6,102 nt of DNA from a virus. The notes under the pieces were generated by a model. It was not told the origin of the DNA. It was given only the letters and a program-made list of their open reading frames with translations, and did not search any database. A program made the position numbers and the translations under genes. The stretch spans positions 1 through 6,102 of IMG/VR virus record IMGVR_UViG_3300020030_000010; one strand, written 5' to 3'. Of the stretch, positions 1-6,006 are shown one piece after another. Numbering within the stretch: the first letter of the stretch is position 1; the number at the start of each line of letters is the position of its first letter.

Positions 1-81
1 CTTTCCACCAAGAGGACGGGTTACTATTCTAGTTCCCTTTCCCTTTTTTTTTCGACGAGCCTTCATCGCAATCAATATTAA
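1..81. repeat. Terminal direct repeat copy 1, identical to 6022..6102; circular-genome assembly overlap (unit length 6021 nt)
   Basis: Base-by-base reading shows 1..81 equals 6022..6102, including the T9 run (44..52 = 6065..6073). The repeat is cut off by the window end, as expected for a circular contig written past its origin. Confidence 0.9.
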
Positions 82-352
82 AGTCAAACAAAATGACAAT
101 CGTATTGTCGAAAAATTCGATACTGAAACCCGGGAGACAACCACAAGCGTTAACAATGTCGGGGAGCTTCGAGTGATCGATGTAGAGAGAATCGCTGATA
201 TGCGAGCTCTTCAAGTAGGGTGCGATCGGAGAATCCGCAACAGCACTAAAAGGAACAGGGTCGAACTGGCCGTCTTTAATACGACCTACTTGGGCAAGGT
301 CGATTTTGAGAGCCGGATTAACCCGACGGATAACAACGTGGATCTGTGCCAT
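29..352 (-). CDS. Hypothetical protein, 107 aa, with a short basic C-terminal tail (SSKKKGKGN); function unknown
   Basis: ATG-initiated ORF on the same strand as all other genes. It starts 11 nt after the stop of the 105-aa ORF, and its TAG stop at 29..31 is followed about 45 nt downstream (circularly) by the intrinsic terminator. I recognise no family motif. Confidence 0.55.
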   Translation of the reverse strand: MAQIHVVIRRVNPALKIDLAQVGRIKDGQFDPVPFSAVADSPIAPYLKSSHISDSLYIDHSKLPDIVNACGCLPGFSIEFFDNTIVILFDFNIDCDEGSSKKKGKGN

Positions 353-363
353 AATAATATAGT

Positions 364-681
364 TTAAAGATCAGATTTGAATTTGTTGCAATACTGCTTC
401 CAAAGATTCGACTTGTCTACCCAGAAGTCATAACCTTCCGGCGTCATAGAAAACGGAAAAGACGTAGAAATAATAACACTGAAGCCGGTAACAGGAAAAC
501 GACTCAGAGTGCGAAGCCTAATACGCAAATTGTGGCGAAAAGTCCGGTTATTCGGGTAAAATTTCTCGAAATTCTCCTTATACGTAAGGAATAAATTTTG
601 ACGGACGAGCCACTCAGTGAACATGTACTCGACGACATCGACGGAGAGATCTGAGAGTCTAGGCATTTTTTTTGCTTTCAT
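364..681 (-). CDS. Hypothetical basic protein, 105 aa (Arg/Lys-rich, e.g. RTFRHNLRIRLRTLSR); a possible DNA-binding/packaging accessory protein, which is speculative
   Basis: ATG start at 679..681, co-oriented and tightly followed by the 107-aa ORF. A candidate promoter lies in the 86-nt gap upstream. No conserved motif recognised. Confidence 0.55.
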   Translation of the reverse strand: MKAKKMPRLSDLSVDVVEYMFTEWLVRQNLFLTYKENFEKFYPNNRTFRHNLRIRLRTLSRFPVTGFSVIISTSFPFSMTPEGYDFWVDKSNLWKQYCNKFKSDL

Positions 682-707
682 AGTAACATGGTTATTGGTT
701 TACAATG

Positions 708-738
708 CAAATGTAAGACGAAGAAAGTTAACGATAAA
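708..738 (-). promoter_or_regulatory. Candidate Bacteroidota-type promoter: -7 element TACATTTG (exact TAnnTTTG) with a -33-like TTTA 19 nt upstream
   Basis: The - strand reads ...aacTTTAtcgttaactttcttcgtctTACATTTGcattgtaaaccaataaccatgttactATG. The -7 box is + strand 708..715 (caaatgta) and the -33-like box is 735..738. The ATG of the 105-aa ORF lies 26 nt downstream of the -7 box. The -33 box matches TTTG at only 3 of 4 positions. Confidence 0.35.
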
Positions 739-767
739 GTTCAAAAAGTCGAGATGGTTGTTCAATT

Positions 768-2015
768 TCACCTTACATAACGACGGCTGGCCCTCGTAGT
801 TCCAGAGTATCTGCCATCTTTACCGTAAATTTCTCTAGTTTCATCGTAATCGACAGGGGCAGGACGCTTTGTAACAGCCGTGCCAGCGATAGCCATGGCG
901 CCAACCAAGGCAGTTCTCGCCAAACCATAGCCAAAGGCATTCTTACTGGACCGATTCTGAAACCAGCGGCCCGAGAGGCCTTGTTCGCCTTCCGAGGCAG
1001 CAAGACCCATAAGCTTCTGGTGAATCTGACGACCTGTCATCTTTGTTGTCTTGCCGGTAGGCTTGCCTTTTCCATCAACCTCGGGGACGTCAACTTCCGT
1101 GTCCCAATTGAGGTTAAACCACTCACGAAGATCGGCCAGACTAACCTTACGTATCTCGGATTCAACATTTAAGACATCACCGGAGGCAGCAGATTCATAA
1201 GCAGCGGCGAAATCTCGGGCGATTTGGGCAGCATAAACAGAATCAAAATACTTGTCATTGTATTTCCTAATCTGATTCGCCTCCTCAACGTGTTTTGAAT
1301 ACATGGCGACAAAGTCTTGAAACTTATACGTAGACATAAGATCAGCGTACTCGGCGTCAGCAGCATGAATGTCCGCCAAAGCGCGATTAAGGCGAATTAA
1401 TTCAGAAACATTGTTGATCTGATGCTCCAAAGATTTCTTCTCCAAATTATCCATCTCCTTCCGCCAGTCTGCGCTATGAGTGTTGCCTCTCATAAGATCA
1501 GCTTCAGCGTCATCCCGGTTAGCAGCAGCAGTATTCCGGTCAACCGTAGACCGCGCAACCATATTCTGTGCGATAGCAGCGGGATCGGCAGAGGCGAAGA
1601 CGCCAGAGCCGACGGGAGCACCACCGGAAGGGCCGGAGGCGGAGGGCATAGAAGCAGAACCGCCGGACATTGTAGCGTTGACGCCGACGCCCGAAGAACC
1701 CAAAACGGCAGCAGGTGTAACGCCAGCTTTGAGATAGCGATCGAAGATTTTCGAAGGGTCGTTGTAAGCGTTTTCGTAATCAAACTGTTTTTGCCAGTTA
1801 GCATAGGAAAGTTCAGACTGTTTCTGCATCTGTTCGAGAGCATACTTCTGCTGAAGCTTCATCTGCTTTTGCTGAAATTTCCACTGGCGGCGAGCATTCA
1901 TGCCGCCAAAAAGCTGGCCTAAAGCACCAGAGATCAGACCGGTAGTGCCTGTAGAGGCAGCAGACTGACCGAGGGCTTGACCAAAAGATGCGGCGGCAGC
2001 AACAGGAATAGCCAT
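768..2015 (-). CDS. VP2: Microviridae minor capsid / DNA pilot protein (VP2; functional analogue of phiX174 H), 415 aa
   Basis: The architecture is typical of microvirus pilot proteins. It has a Gly/Ala-rich hydrophobic N-terminus (MAIPVAAAASFGQALG...GLISGALGQLFGG) and a Q/K-rich coiled-coil-like stretch. It carries the conserved-looking YNDPSKIFDRYLKAGVTPAAV block (compare the Y-N-S-P...AG-(L/V)-N/T-P motif of gokushovirus VP2). There is also a G/S/A/P low-complexity linker and a C-terminal hydrophobic segment (LARTALVGAMAIAGTAV). It lies downstream of the capsid gene. Confidence 0.8.
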   Translation of the reverse strand: MAIPVAAAASFGQALGQSAASTGTTGLISGALGQLFGGMNARRQWKFQQKQMKLQQKYALEQMQKQSELSYANWQKQFDYENAYNDPSKIFDRYLKAGVTPAAVLGSSGVGVNATMSGGSASMPSASGPSGGAPVGSGVFASADPAAIAQNMVARSTVDRNTAAANRDDAEADLMRGNTHSADWRKEMDNLEKKSLEHQINNVSELIRLNRALADIHAADAEYADLMSTYKFQDFVAMYSKHVEEANQIRKYNDKYFDSVYAAQIARDFAAAYESAASGDVLNVESEIRKVSLADLREWFNLNWDTEVDVPEVDGKGKPTGKTTKMTGRQIHQKLMGLAASEGEQGLSGRWFQNRSSKNAFGYGLARTALVGAMAIAGTAVTKRPAPVDYDETREIYGKDGRYSGTTRASRRYVR

Positions 2016-2016
2016 A

Positions 2017-2202
2017 CTACATTTGAGTTAAATTTCTAGAACGAATAATATAATCAACACGTACTGTGTCAATATGAACGCCACTACGCTGCATCCTGGC
2101 TTGAGCAGAACACGATGACAGGAAGAAGGCAGCAAGAGCAGATACAACTGCTGCAATCAATGTCCAAAACTTCTTGGATTTTAATAAAGCTTTGATATTC
2201 AT
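2017..2202 (-). CDS. Small predicted lipoprotein, 61 aa: signal peptide plus lipobox L-S-S-C (Cys31), mature peptide about 31 aa; candidate lysis or superinfection-exclusion factor
   Basis: The sequence MNIKALLKSKKF (basic n-region), WTLIAAVVSALAAFF (h-region) and LSSC matches [LVI][ASTVI][GAS]C. On the - strand, ctg tca tcg tgt is + strand 2110..2121. ATG start at 2200..2202. The TAG stop at 2017..2019 is 1 nt from the VP2 ATG, which implies co-translation with VP2. Confidence 0.6.
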   Translation of the reverse strand: MNIKALLKSKKFWTLIAAVVSALAAFFLSSCSAQARMQRSGVHIDTVRVDYIIRSRNLTQM

Positions 2203-2286
2203 AGAATTAAGTTTTTTGCGACCTCCATGAAAATCAATAAAAACCTAAAATTTTACAACTTTCTATAGAGGTCAAGAAAGAACGAT

Positions 2287-2366
2287 AGAAAAATGCGCGA
2301 CCTCTCCTGCAGTCGTTACCAATAACCTCCAGCGATTCACGAACTCTCGCAGAAGGGGTTCGCGCA
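2287..2366 (-). promoter_or_regulatory. Long-range inverted repeat TGCGCGA (2360..2366) / TCGCGCA (2294..2300) on the - strand, with an extendable imperfect stem, followed by T5 on the coding strand; possible attenuator/terminator or ssDNA structural element
   Basis: The - strand reads tgcgcgaacccc...(59 nt)...gaggtcgcgcaTTTTTct. There is a 7-bp perfect GC-rich stem plus cc/gg and ctgc/gcag inner pairings. It lies in the 194-nt gap between the acidic ORF and the lipoprotein ORF. The large interior means it is not a canonical terminator. Confidence 0.3.
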
Positions 2367-2396
2367 CGTAGCATATATCGTCAAGTAAAGGATGTA

Positions 2397-2693
2397 CTAT
2401 TTTTCTTCAGAATTGGCAGGTTTCGAAGCAGACTTCGCTCTATCCAACTCTGAGTCAATAAGTTCCTGTCCGACCTCGAGACCGTCAAACTTATCCATAC
2501 GGGAGAAGGAATTAGGGTCAAAGTCGATCTCGGGGTTAAACTTTTCACCCTTATCAAAATCAGACGATGACGCCGCAACATCCGGACGACCAGGAAGGAC
2601 GTCGACGGAACCAGAACCATCAAGGACAGATAAAATACGCTGACCACGCGAAATGTAATCTTCGCGATCCTCAATCATCCAATCTAGTGCCAT
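2397..2693 (-). CDS. Acidic 98-aa protein; possible scaffolding-type protein (VP3-like by composition and position only)
   Basis: ATG at 2691..2693, 11 nt after the VP1 stop. It is strongly acidic (by hand count about 23 D/E versus about 12 K/R) and hydrophilic, with no TM segment. Microvirus scaffolding proteins are small and acidic, but I recognise no diagnostic motif. Confidence 0.5.
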   Translation of the reverse strand: MALDWMIEDREDYISRGQRILSVLDGSGSVDVLPGRPDVAASSSDFDKGEKFNPEIDFDPNSFSRMDKFDGLEVGQELIDSELDRAKSASKPANSEEK

Positions 2694-2704
2694 AAAATGT
2701 AATA

Positions 2705-4528
2705 TTAACGGTTAGACAAACGGGTTGCAAAACTTTTATTAATCAGGTTCTTCTTCTGAACAGCGTAAGACATATTCACAAAGAAATTATCTTCCACGTC
2801 AGAAGCGAAAGGAGAATTAACCTGCGACAAATCGACAAAAAGAGCAGGCGCGTAATCGGCCTTCGAAGGCCAATAGGAACTCCAATTCACTTGACGCTGC
2901 TGCACCCAATAAGCATAAAGTTTCCGACCACTAACGCTTCCAGCGGTACTAGAAATTTGACCTAAGACTTCATCATAAGAAGACCGAAACTCATTAAAGC
3001 AGGGCTCTTGCGAAAAAGTCGTCTCGACGACGCCGCCAACAAGATTACCAAAACGCCAATTAGGCACACTCTGATATCCTATATCATTGTAGATCGGATT
3101 GAAATAATCAGAGCCTCGATAATTCAAGTAGTCAGGCTTGATCTGCGACCAGTAATAAACAGGACGAATACTTAGCATATCAATCAAATAACCAGGCTCA
3201 CGGAAGTAGTAAGACTGTCGGCGGCCAAGACGATCGTTAAAGGCGATAGCGCCACCCTGCTGACCGAGAGGGCCGGCTGCACCCGCGTGGCCGAAATTAT
3301 TCGGTCCGGCCTGATTCATAACAATCTGAACATTAACAGTCTGCGAAGCACTGAAAAGGAGTTTTGGACGATCAACATGCTCAATCTTAGAAGCGAAAAA
3401 TGTTTCCAGCCAATCACTATAGCGGCTTCCTCCTGCGCCGAGCAAATCTTTGTATTCCTGAAGACGAGAGGCAATAGCCAACTGCGGGATAGTTTGGACA
3501 CCAGTCATCGAAACGGCAGAACTACTACCAATAGGAAGGAGCCGACTAAATCGATCAGGGTTAGACGGAATGACGGCCATAGGATGGGCGAGATTAAAAA
3601 TAATAGGCTCAGCGAGACCCTTTGTATCGTCAATCGAACTATATTGATCGAGAGGAGCCGATGTTCCCCAGACTTGAAGCGCGGTCGGTTGAGACGCAAC
3701 CGGATAGCCGTCACCGGAAGCACCAGCAGCCGCACCAGAGGAGGCAATATCGGAGGCGATGATCTGCCGAAGCAAAGCAGAACGACAGTAAGTATTATTA
3801 GAAGACGCTACAGCCGCGGGGTAAAACTGACTCTCAAAATAAGCATCAAGGAATTCGAGATTACCATAACGTTGAGTAAAATACGAATCCGAACCAGGCG
3901 CATTAAAAGAGTAGGTACCATTAGAAGCGGTAGAATGACCTGTTACGGTGTAATACCAGGAGGCAGGCCAAGCAAAGGAATAGAGTCCCCACTGCGAATA
4001 GCCGTAATAATTTCGGACGATATCCCAGTAAGCAAGATATGTATCAGCGTTAGCCCAAATACCTCCAACAATATTCGAGGGGAGGACAACGCCGCTAGTT
4101 GAAGCAGGCGTAGTATAATCAACAGCGCGGTTAGACACGCGCAGCCAATACATAAGCGAATTAGAAAAAGTCGCAGTAACGGCAGGAGTCGCGCCAGTCG
4201 AAGGAATTCCCGGAACTGAGTTGATCCAATTAAGACTCAGACTATTCATATCGAACTTACTGCTATTCGTTCTGAGCTCAGGGTGATACAACTGAAGCGG
4301 CACCCAAAAACGATGCAAACGAATAGTGTAGGGATTGAACGTTGGGACAGCAAGCGGGTTGCTACGAACATCGATACCCTGCTCGATAGAAACGCGGTCC
4401 CTAGCGTTAATAAAATCGATCCGCACTGGATATAGAATACCAGGCGTACACGTAAAAGCCTTACTCTCAGGAACATCATAGCGAGAGTAGCCATTTACAG
4501 CATGTGAGATAAAGGGTTGTTTTCCCAT
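2705..4528 (-). CDS. VP1: Microviridae major capsid protein (VP1 / F-like), 607 aa
   Basis: It is the longest ORF. The N-terminal block YDVPESKAFTCTPGILYPV...RFWVPLQLY resembles the F/VP1 N-terminus. The block ASRLQEYKDLLGAGGSRYSDWLETFF...VDRPKLL matches the hallmark LQ..E..ARGG(S/T)RY.E....FGV...D.R..RPE.L region of microvirus capsid proteins. The start lies 3 nt after the VP4 stop. Confidence 0.93.
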   Translation of the reverse strand: MGKQPFISHAVNGYSRYDVPESKAFTCTPGILYPVRIDFINARDRVSIEQGIDVRSNPLAVPTFNPYTIRLHRFWVPLQLYHPELRTNSSKFDMNSLSLNWINSVPGIPSTGATPAVTATFSNSLMYWLRVSNRAVDYTTPASTSGVVLPSNIVGGIWANADTYLAYWDIVRNYYGYSQWGLYSFAWPASWYYTVTGHSTASNGTYSFNAPGSDSYFTQRYGNLEFLDAYFESQFYPAAVASSNNTYCRSALLRQIIASDIASSGAAAGASGDGYPVASQPTALQVWGTSAPLDQYSSIDDTKGLAEPIIFNLAHPMAVIPSNPDRFSRLLPIGSSSAVSMTGVQTIPQLAIASRLQEYKDLLGAGGSRYSDWLETFFASKIEHVDRPKLLFSASQTVNVQIVMNQAGPNNFGHAGAAGPLGQQGGAIAFNDRLGRRQSYYFREPGYLIDMLSIRPVYYWSQIKPDYLNYRGSDYFNPIYNDIGYQSVPNWRFGNLVGGVVETTFSQEPCFNEFRSSYDEVLGQISSTAGSVSGRKLYAYWVQQRQVNWSSYWPSKADYAPALFVDLSQVNSPFASDVEDNFFVNMSYAVQKKNLINKSFATRLSNR

Positions 4529-4531
4529 AAA

Positions 4532-5602
4532 TTAAATGATTAGTTGAAGTTTATAATGATCCTGCCAAAATCGAACAACATCCTGATCGAGCCAAGCAGG
4601 AGGGTCAAAATCCGGCATCTTGCGAGAGGAGGCGGAAAAACGCATTATCTGCTTTTGCTCCCATGCATACGACGCTCTACGGGATACGGCGGAATTGAGA
4701 GAGAACCGCTCAATACACAGAGACACAATACGCTTAACCAAAGGAGACTTGCTAAAACGTGCATAAGCGTCAGCAGCAGCAACCGAGCGGGTAACCTCGT
4801 CTTCAGGTTTAAGATATTTAAGATAGTATCGAGGGATCGAGTAATTATAATTGATACGCTTCTCAAAATCAAAATAAGACCACGTCGAAGTACGAGCAGT
4901 AGGGCGAGGCATATAACCGAGAAAATCACCAACGCCAGCAGATATGAATTTTCGCGTATAACGGCGATGTTGGAGGAGGTAAGATAAAGGTGTAGACTTT
5001 CCATCTAAAATAACATTTTGATTAGATATTTCTGTAGGATCGAAATAAATCTGCTTAGTAACGTATTTAACAACGTATCGCGCCCGCTTGTGTGTACCTT
5101 TGGCGAGCCAGACGAAACCTAAATCACGGACAGCAGATCTGATTTCATTGTAAAGGCAGTTAGTTCCGAACAAAAAACCATGGAAATGAAGACGCGGGGC
5201 CGATCCTGTTTCCGGGTGAGTGCCAAACTCCTGAAAAAAAGCATGTTTGAAGGAGTGACCGAGTTTATGCCGCACACGCTCATTCCATCGCCGAATAAAC
5301 CTAGAAGGATCCTTCAGCGCTTCATCGTAATACCTGGGGGCTATAGTTATCGTAATAAAAATAGCCTGTTGAGATTCAGCCTTGCAGCGGGCAAGCTCAC
5401 GCTCGAGCCGCACAAACCAGTTATTGCGCTGACGCCGCAAGCAATCCTCGCACTTACCACACGGGACCATAAGCCATTGACGCGCGATGTCCCAAGGGCG
5501 AAGAGCAAGTGCAGACTTAGCAATATCAGAACCGTCTCGACAAGGATTCTTCTTATCGAAATAACGACGATTGCGTATCCATATGGGAGAGGAACAGGGC
5601 AT
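4532..5602 (-). CDS. VP4: Microviridae replication initiation protein (VP4 / phiX174 A-like HUH rolling-circle endonuclease), 356 aa
   Basis: RCR motif 1 is FITITI (aa 82-87). The HUH motif LHFHGF has H-F-H at + strand 5180..5188, read as cat ttc cat on the - strand. The two-tyrosine catalytic motif YVVKYVTK is at 5063..5077 (tac gtt gtt aaa tac); compare phiX174 A, YVAKYVNK. The N-terminal CGKCEDC cysteine cluster (5441..5461) is typical of VP4 proteins. Confidence 0.93.
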   Translation of the reverse strand: MPCSSPIWIRNRRYFDKKNPCRDGSDIAKSALALRPWDIARQWLMVPCGKCEDCLRRQRNNWFVRLERELARCKAESQQAIFITITIAPRYYDEALKDPSRFIRRWNERVRHKLGHSFKHAFFQEFGTHPETGSAPRLHFHGFLFGTNCLYNEIRSAVRDLGFVWLAKGTHKRARYVVKYVTKQIYFDPTEISNQNVILDGKSTPLSYLLQHRRYTRKFISAGVGDFLGYMPRPTARTSTWSYFDFEKRINYNYSIPRYYLKYLKPEDEVTRSVAAADAYARFSKSPLVKRIVSLCIERFSLNSAVSRRASYAWEQKQIMRFSASSRKMPDFDPPAWLDQDVVRFWQDHYKLQLII

Positions 5603-5979
5603 TAAAAAATACTCTTAAGACAGTCAAACTTTACAGCAGGGTAGTTAAGGCGGCAGCGAATGAGATAATCATTGGCGGGCTCTTCCTCGGAGAACCAAGC
5701 GATAACGACGCGCTTCCTGCCGCGATAAGCCGCAACAGAAAAACGGTAAGGAACACTGTCAATCACAGGGGAAAAACGAGGGCGAAAATCAAATATATCC
5801 ATAATCAGGCAATAATATTTTGCGCTTCGAAAGACGGTACTTTCGAGCGCGAAAACTGTTTCGTTACGCCGCTCGACGGCCTTAACGGCCGGGACGCTGC
5901 GCGTCTTCGAGCTCCATGGCTTCACTTCACGAACTTTATACCGAATAAATTCGGTGATTTTGAAAACAAAAGCTCCCAA
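5602..5979 (-). CDS. Hypothetical protein upstream of and overlapping VP4. The maximal ORF is 125 aa from a TTG start; a more conservative version is 66 aa from the ATG at 5800..5802
   Basis: The stop TAA (5602..5604) overlaps the VP4 ATG (5600..5602) as TAATG, which suggests translational coupling and supports at least the 3' part being coding. The listed start is TTG at 5977..5979 and sits inside the stem of the intrinsic terminator. The 5' 177 nt are full of hairpins, so the true start is doubtful. Confidence 0.4.
   Translation of the reverse strand: MGAFVFKITEFIRYKVREVKPWSSKTRSVPAVKAVERRNETVFALESTVFRSAKYYCLIMDIFDFRPRFSPVIDSVPYRFSVAAYRGRKRVVIAWFSEEEPANDYLIRCRLNYPAVKFDCLKSIF
5822..5850. 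other. Strong hairpin: 11-bp stem with one bulge (gcgcTtcgaaag / ctttcgagcgc) and a 6-nt loop acggta
   Basis: Pairs g5822-c5850 to g5833-c5840 with t5826 bulged, read directly from the sequence. It lies 20 nt upstream (coding sense) of the ATG at 5802. No T-run follows on either strand, so it is not a terminator. It is a candidate ssDNA structural or replication element. Confidence 0.5.
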
Positions 5980-6006
5980 GGGAGAGAATAAACTCTCCCA
6001 GGAGCT
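5962..6006 (-). terminator. Rho-independent (intrinsic) terminator on the coding strand, at the end of the gene array
   Basis: The - strand reads AGCTCCTGGGAGAG-tttatt-CTCTCCCTTGGGAGCT-TTTGTTTTC. The stem is 7 bp plus 6 bp around a small internal loop, GC-rich, with a 6-nt loop, and is immediately followed by TTTGTTTT. It lies about 45 nt downstream (circularly) of the stop of the last ORF (29..31). Confidence 0.7.

Noticed and set aside
66-85. The AT-rich - strand sequence GACTTTAATATTGATTGC resembles the phiX174 origin core CAACTTGATATTAATAAC as I recall it
   Set aside because: About 12 of 17 positions align, and only with a gap, in low-complexity AT-rich sequence inside an ORF. That is easily chance. 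Non-phiX microvirus origins are not known to share this sequence.
1422-1922. 166-aa and 85-aa + strand ORFs antisense to VP2, and similar + strand ORFs at 173..367, 617..799, 981..1172, 2392..2643, 4544..4987 and 5180..5605
   Set aside because: All are antisense to better-supported - strand genes, have odd composition and lack any start context. Microviridae transcribe one strand only.
2250-2275. Sigma70-like promoter on the - strand: TTGACC (2270..2275) and TAAAAT (2250..2255) upstream of the lipoprotein gene
   Set aside because: The spacer is only 14 nt, whereas the functional range is about 16-18. TAGGTTTT nearby is only 7 of 8 for the Bacteroides -7 box and has no properly spaced -33 TTTG.
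2355-2370. Possible dif/XerCD recombination site: GTGCGCG on the - strand resembles the XerC arm GGTGCGCATAA of E. coli dif. This is relevant because some microviruses integrate at dif.
   Set aside because: Only about 6 nt match. No TTATGTTAAAT-like XerD arm follows at the correct 6-nt spacing on either strand. A second look-alike, TTATGTAAGG at 771..780, is the VP2 C-terminal coding sequence and has no XerC arm.
3287-4102. 271-aa ORF on the + strand, antisense to the capsid gene
   Set aside because: It lies entirely within and opposite a confidently identified VP1. The translation is Arg/Ser/Ile-rich low-complexity sequence with no recognisable motif. Long antisense shadow ORFs are expected opposite strongly codon-biased genes, and all real genes here are co-oriented.
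4645-5004. Hydrophobic same-strand nested ORFs in alternative frames of VP4 (119 aa), VP1 (3316..3501, 3505..3747, 4246..4494) and VP2 (773..1003, 1169..1366, 1490..1843), considered as E- or B-like overprinted genes
   Set aside because: The coding strand is T-rich, so off-frames are enriched for Leu/Phe/Ile codons and look membrane-like by default. There are too many such ORFs for all to be real, and none has a distinctive context. I kept only the ORF inside the acidic gene as a finding. The others can be excluded properly only with comparative data.
5807-5814. TATTATTG (7 of 8 match to TAnnTTTG) lies 7 nt upstream of the ATG at 5802, which would imply a nearly leaderless transcript for the short version of the upstream ORF
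   Set aside because: The match is imperfect, I found no -33 element, and the geometry would put the transcription start essentially on the start codon. This is too speculative without transcript data.
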